DNA of 64,000 nucleotides from Felis catus (Eukaryota), in the NCBI RefSeq assembly GCF_018350175.1, contig NC_058368.1, forward strand, positions 37,512,001-37,576,000, read 5' to 3'. The position numbers and the translations under genes were made by a program. Positions 63,816 to 64,000 of this stretch are shown piece after piece. Under the pieces are notes generated by a model. The model saw only the letters and a program-made list of their open reading frames with translations, did not search any database and was not told the DNA's origin. Positions within the stretch are counted from its first letter, which is position 1. Every line of letters starts with the position of its first letter.

Positions 63816-64000
63816 GGGGCGCCTGGATGGCTCAGTCGGTTAATCGTCCAACTCTTGATTTAGGCTCAGGTCATGATCTTATGATTTGTAAGTTCAAGCC
63901 CCACTTGGGCTCTGTGCTGACAACATGCAACCTGCTTGGGATTCTCTCTCTCTCCCTCTTTCTCTATCCCTCACCTGCTCATGCTCATGCACATGCTCTC
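63816..64000 (+). mobile_element. Can-SINE (runs off the window end)
   Basis: ggggcgcctggatggctcagtcggttaa head followed by a CT-rich linker. Confidence 0.94.

Noticed and set aside
4667..64000. tRNA genes
   Set aside because: All A/B-box sequences seen are SINE heads followed by a CT linker and A tail.
1..64000. CRISPR array, operon or prokaryotic defence system; CpG-island promoter
   Set aside because: The sequence is mammalian with no regularly spaced repeat-spacer array. CpG-rich patches are confined to young SINEs.

Overview
AT-rich, repeat-dense mammalian genomic DNA, almost certainly from a felid (cat family). The assignment rests on about 30 tRNA-derived Can-SINEs of the feliform type, several nearly unmutated. 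I recognise no intact host protein-coding gene, RNA gene or CpG island; the recognisable ORF-track entries are repeat-derived. The window reads as intergenic or deep intronic sequence. It contains a full-length dead carnivore L1 (~21469-29208, minus strand, with TSD) nested in an older L1M and carrying a solo LTR with a 6-bp TSD. It also contains a near-complete pogo/Tigger transposon (53872-56575; TIRs; decayed DD36D transposase) inside a MER45B-like hAT, plus many MaLR/ERV LTRs, L2 fragments and MITEs. The most notable non-repeat signal is the RFX X-box core GCCATGGTAAC, seen three times in unique, enhancer-like islands (~11.55, ~36.75 and ~47.23 kb) beside CTCF-, SOX- or POU-like motifs. 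Repeat subfamily names are from memory of consensus sequences, and boundaries of old elements are approximate. I see no evidence of a novel multi-gene system.
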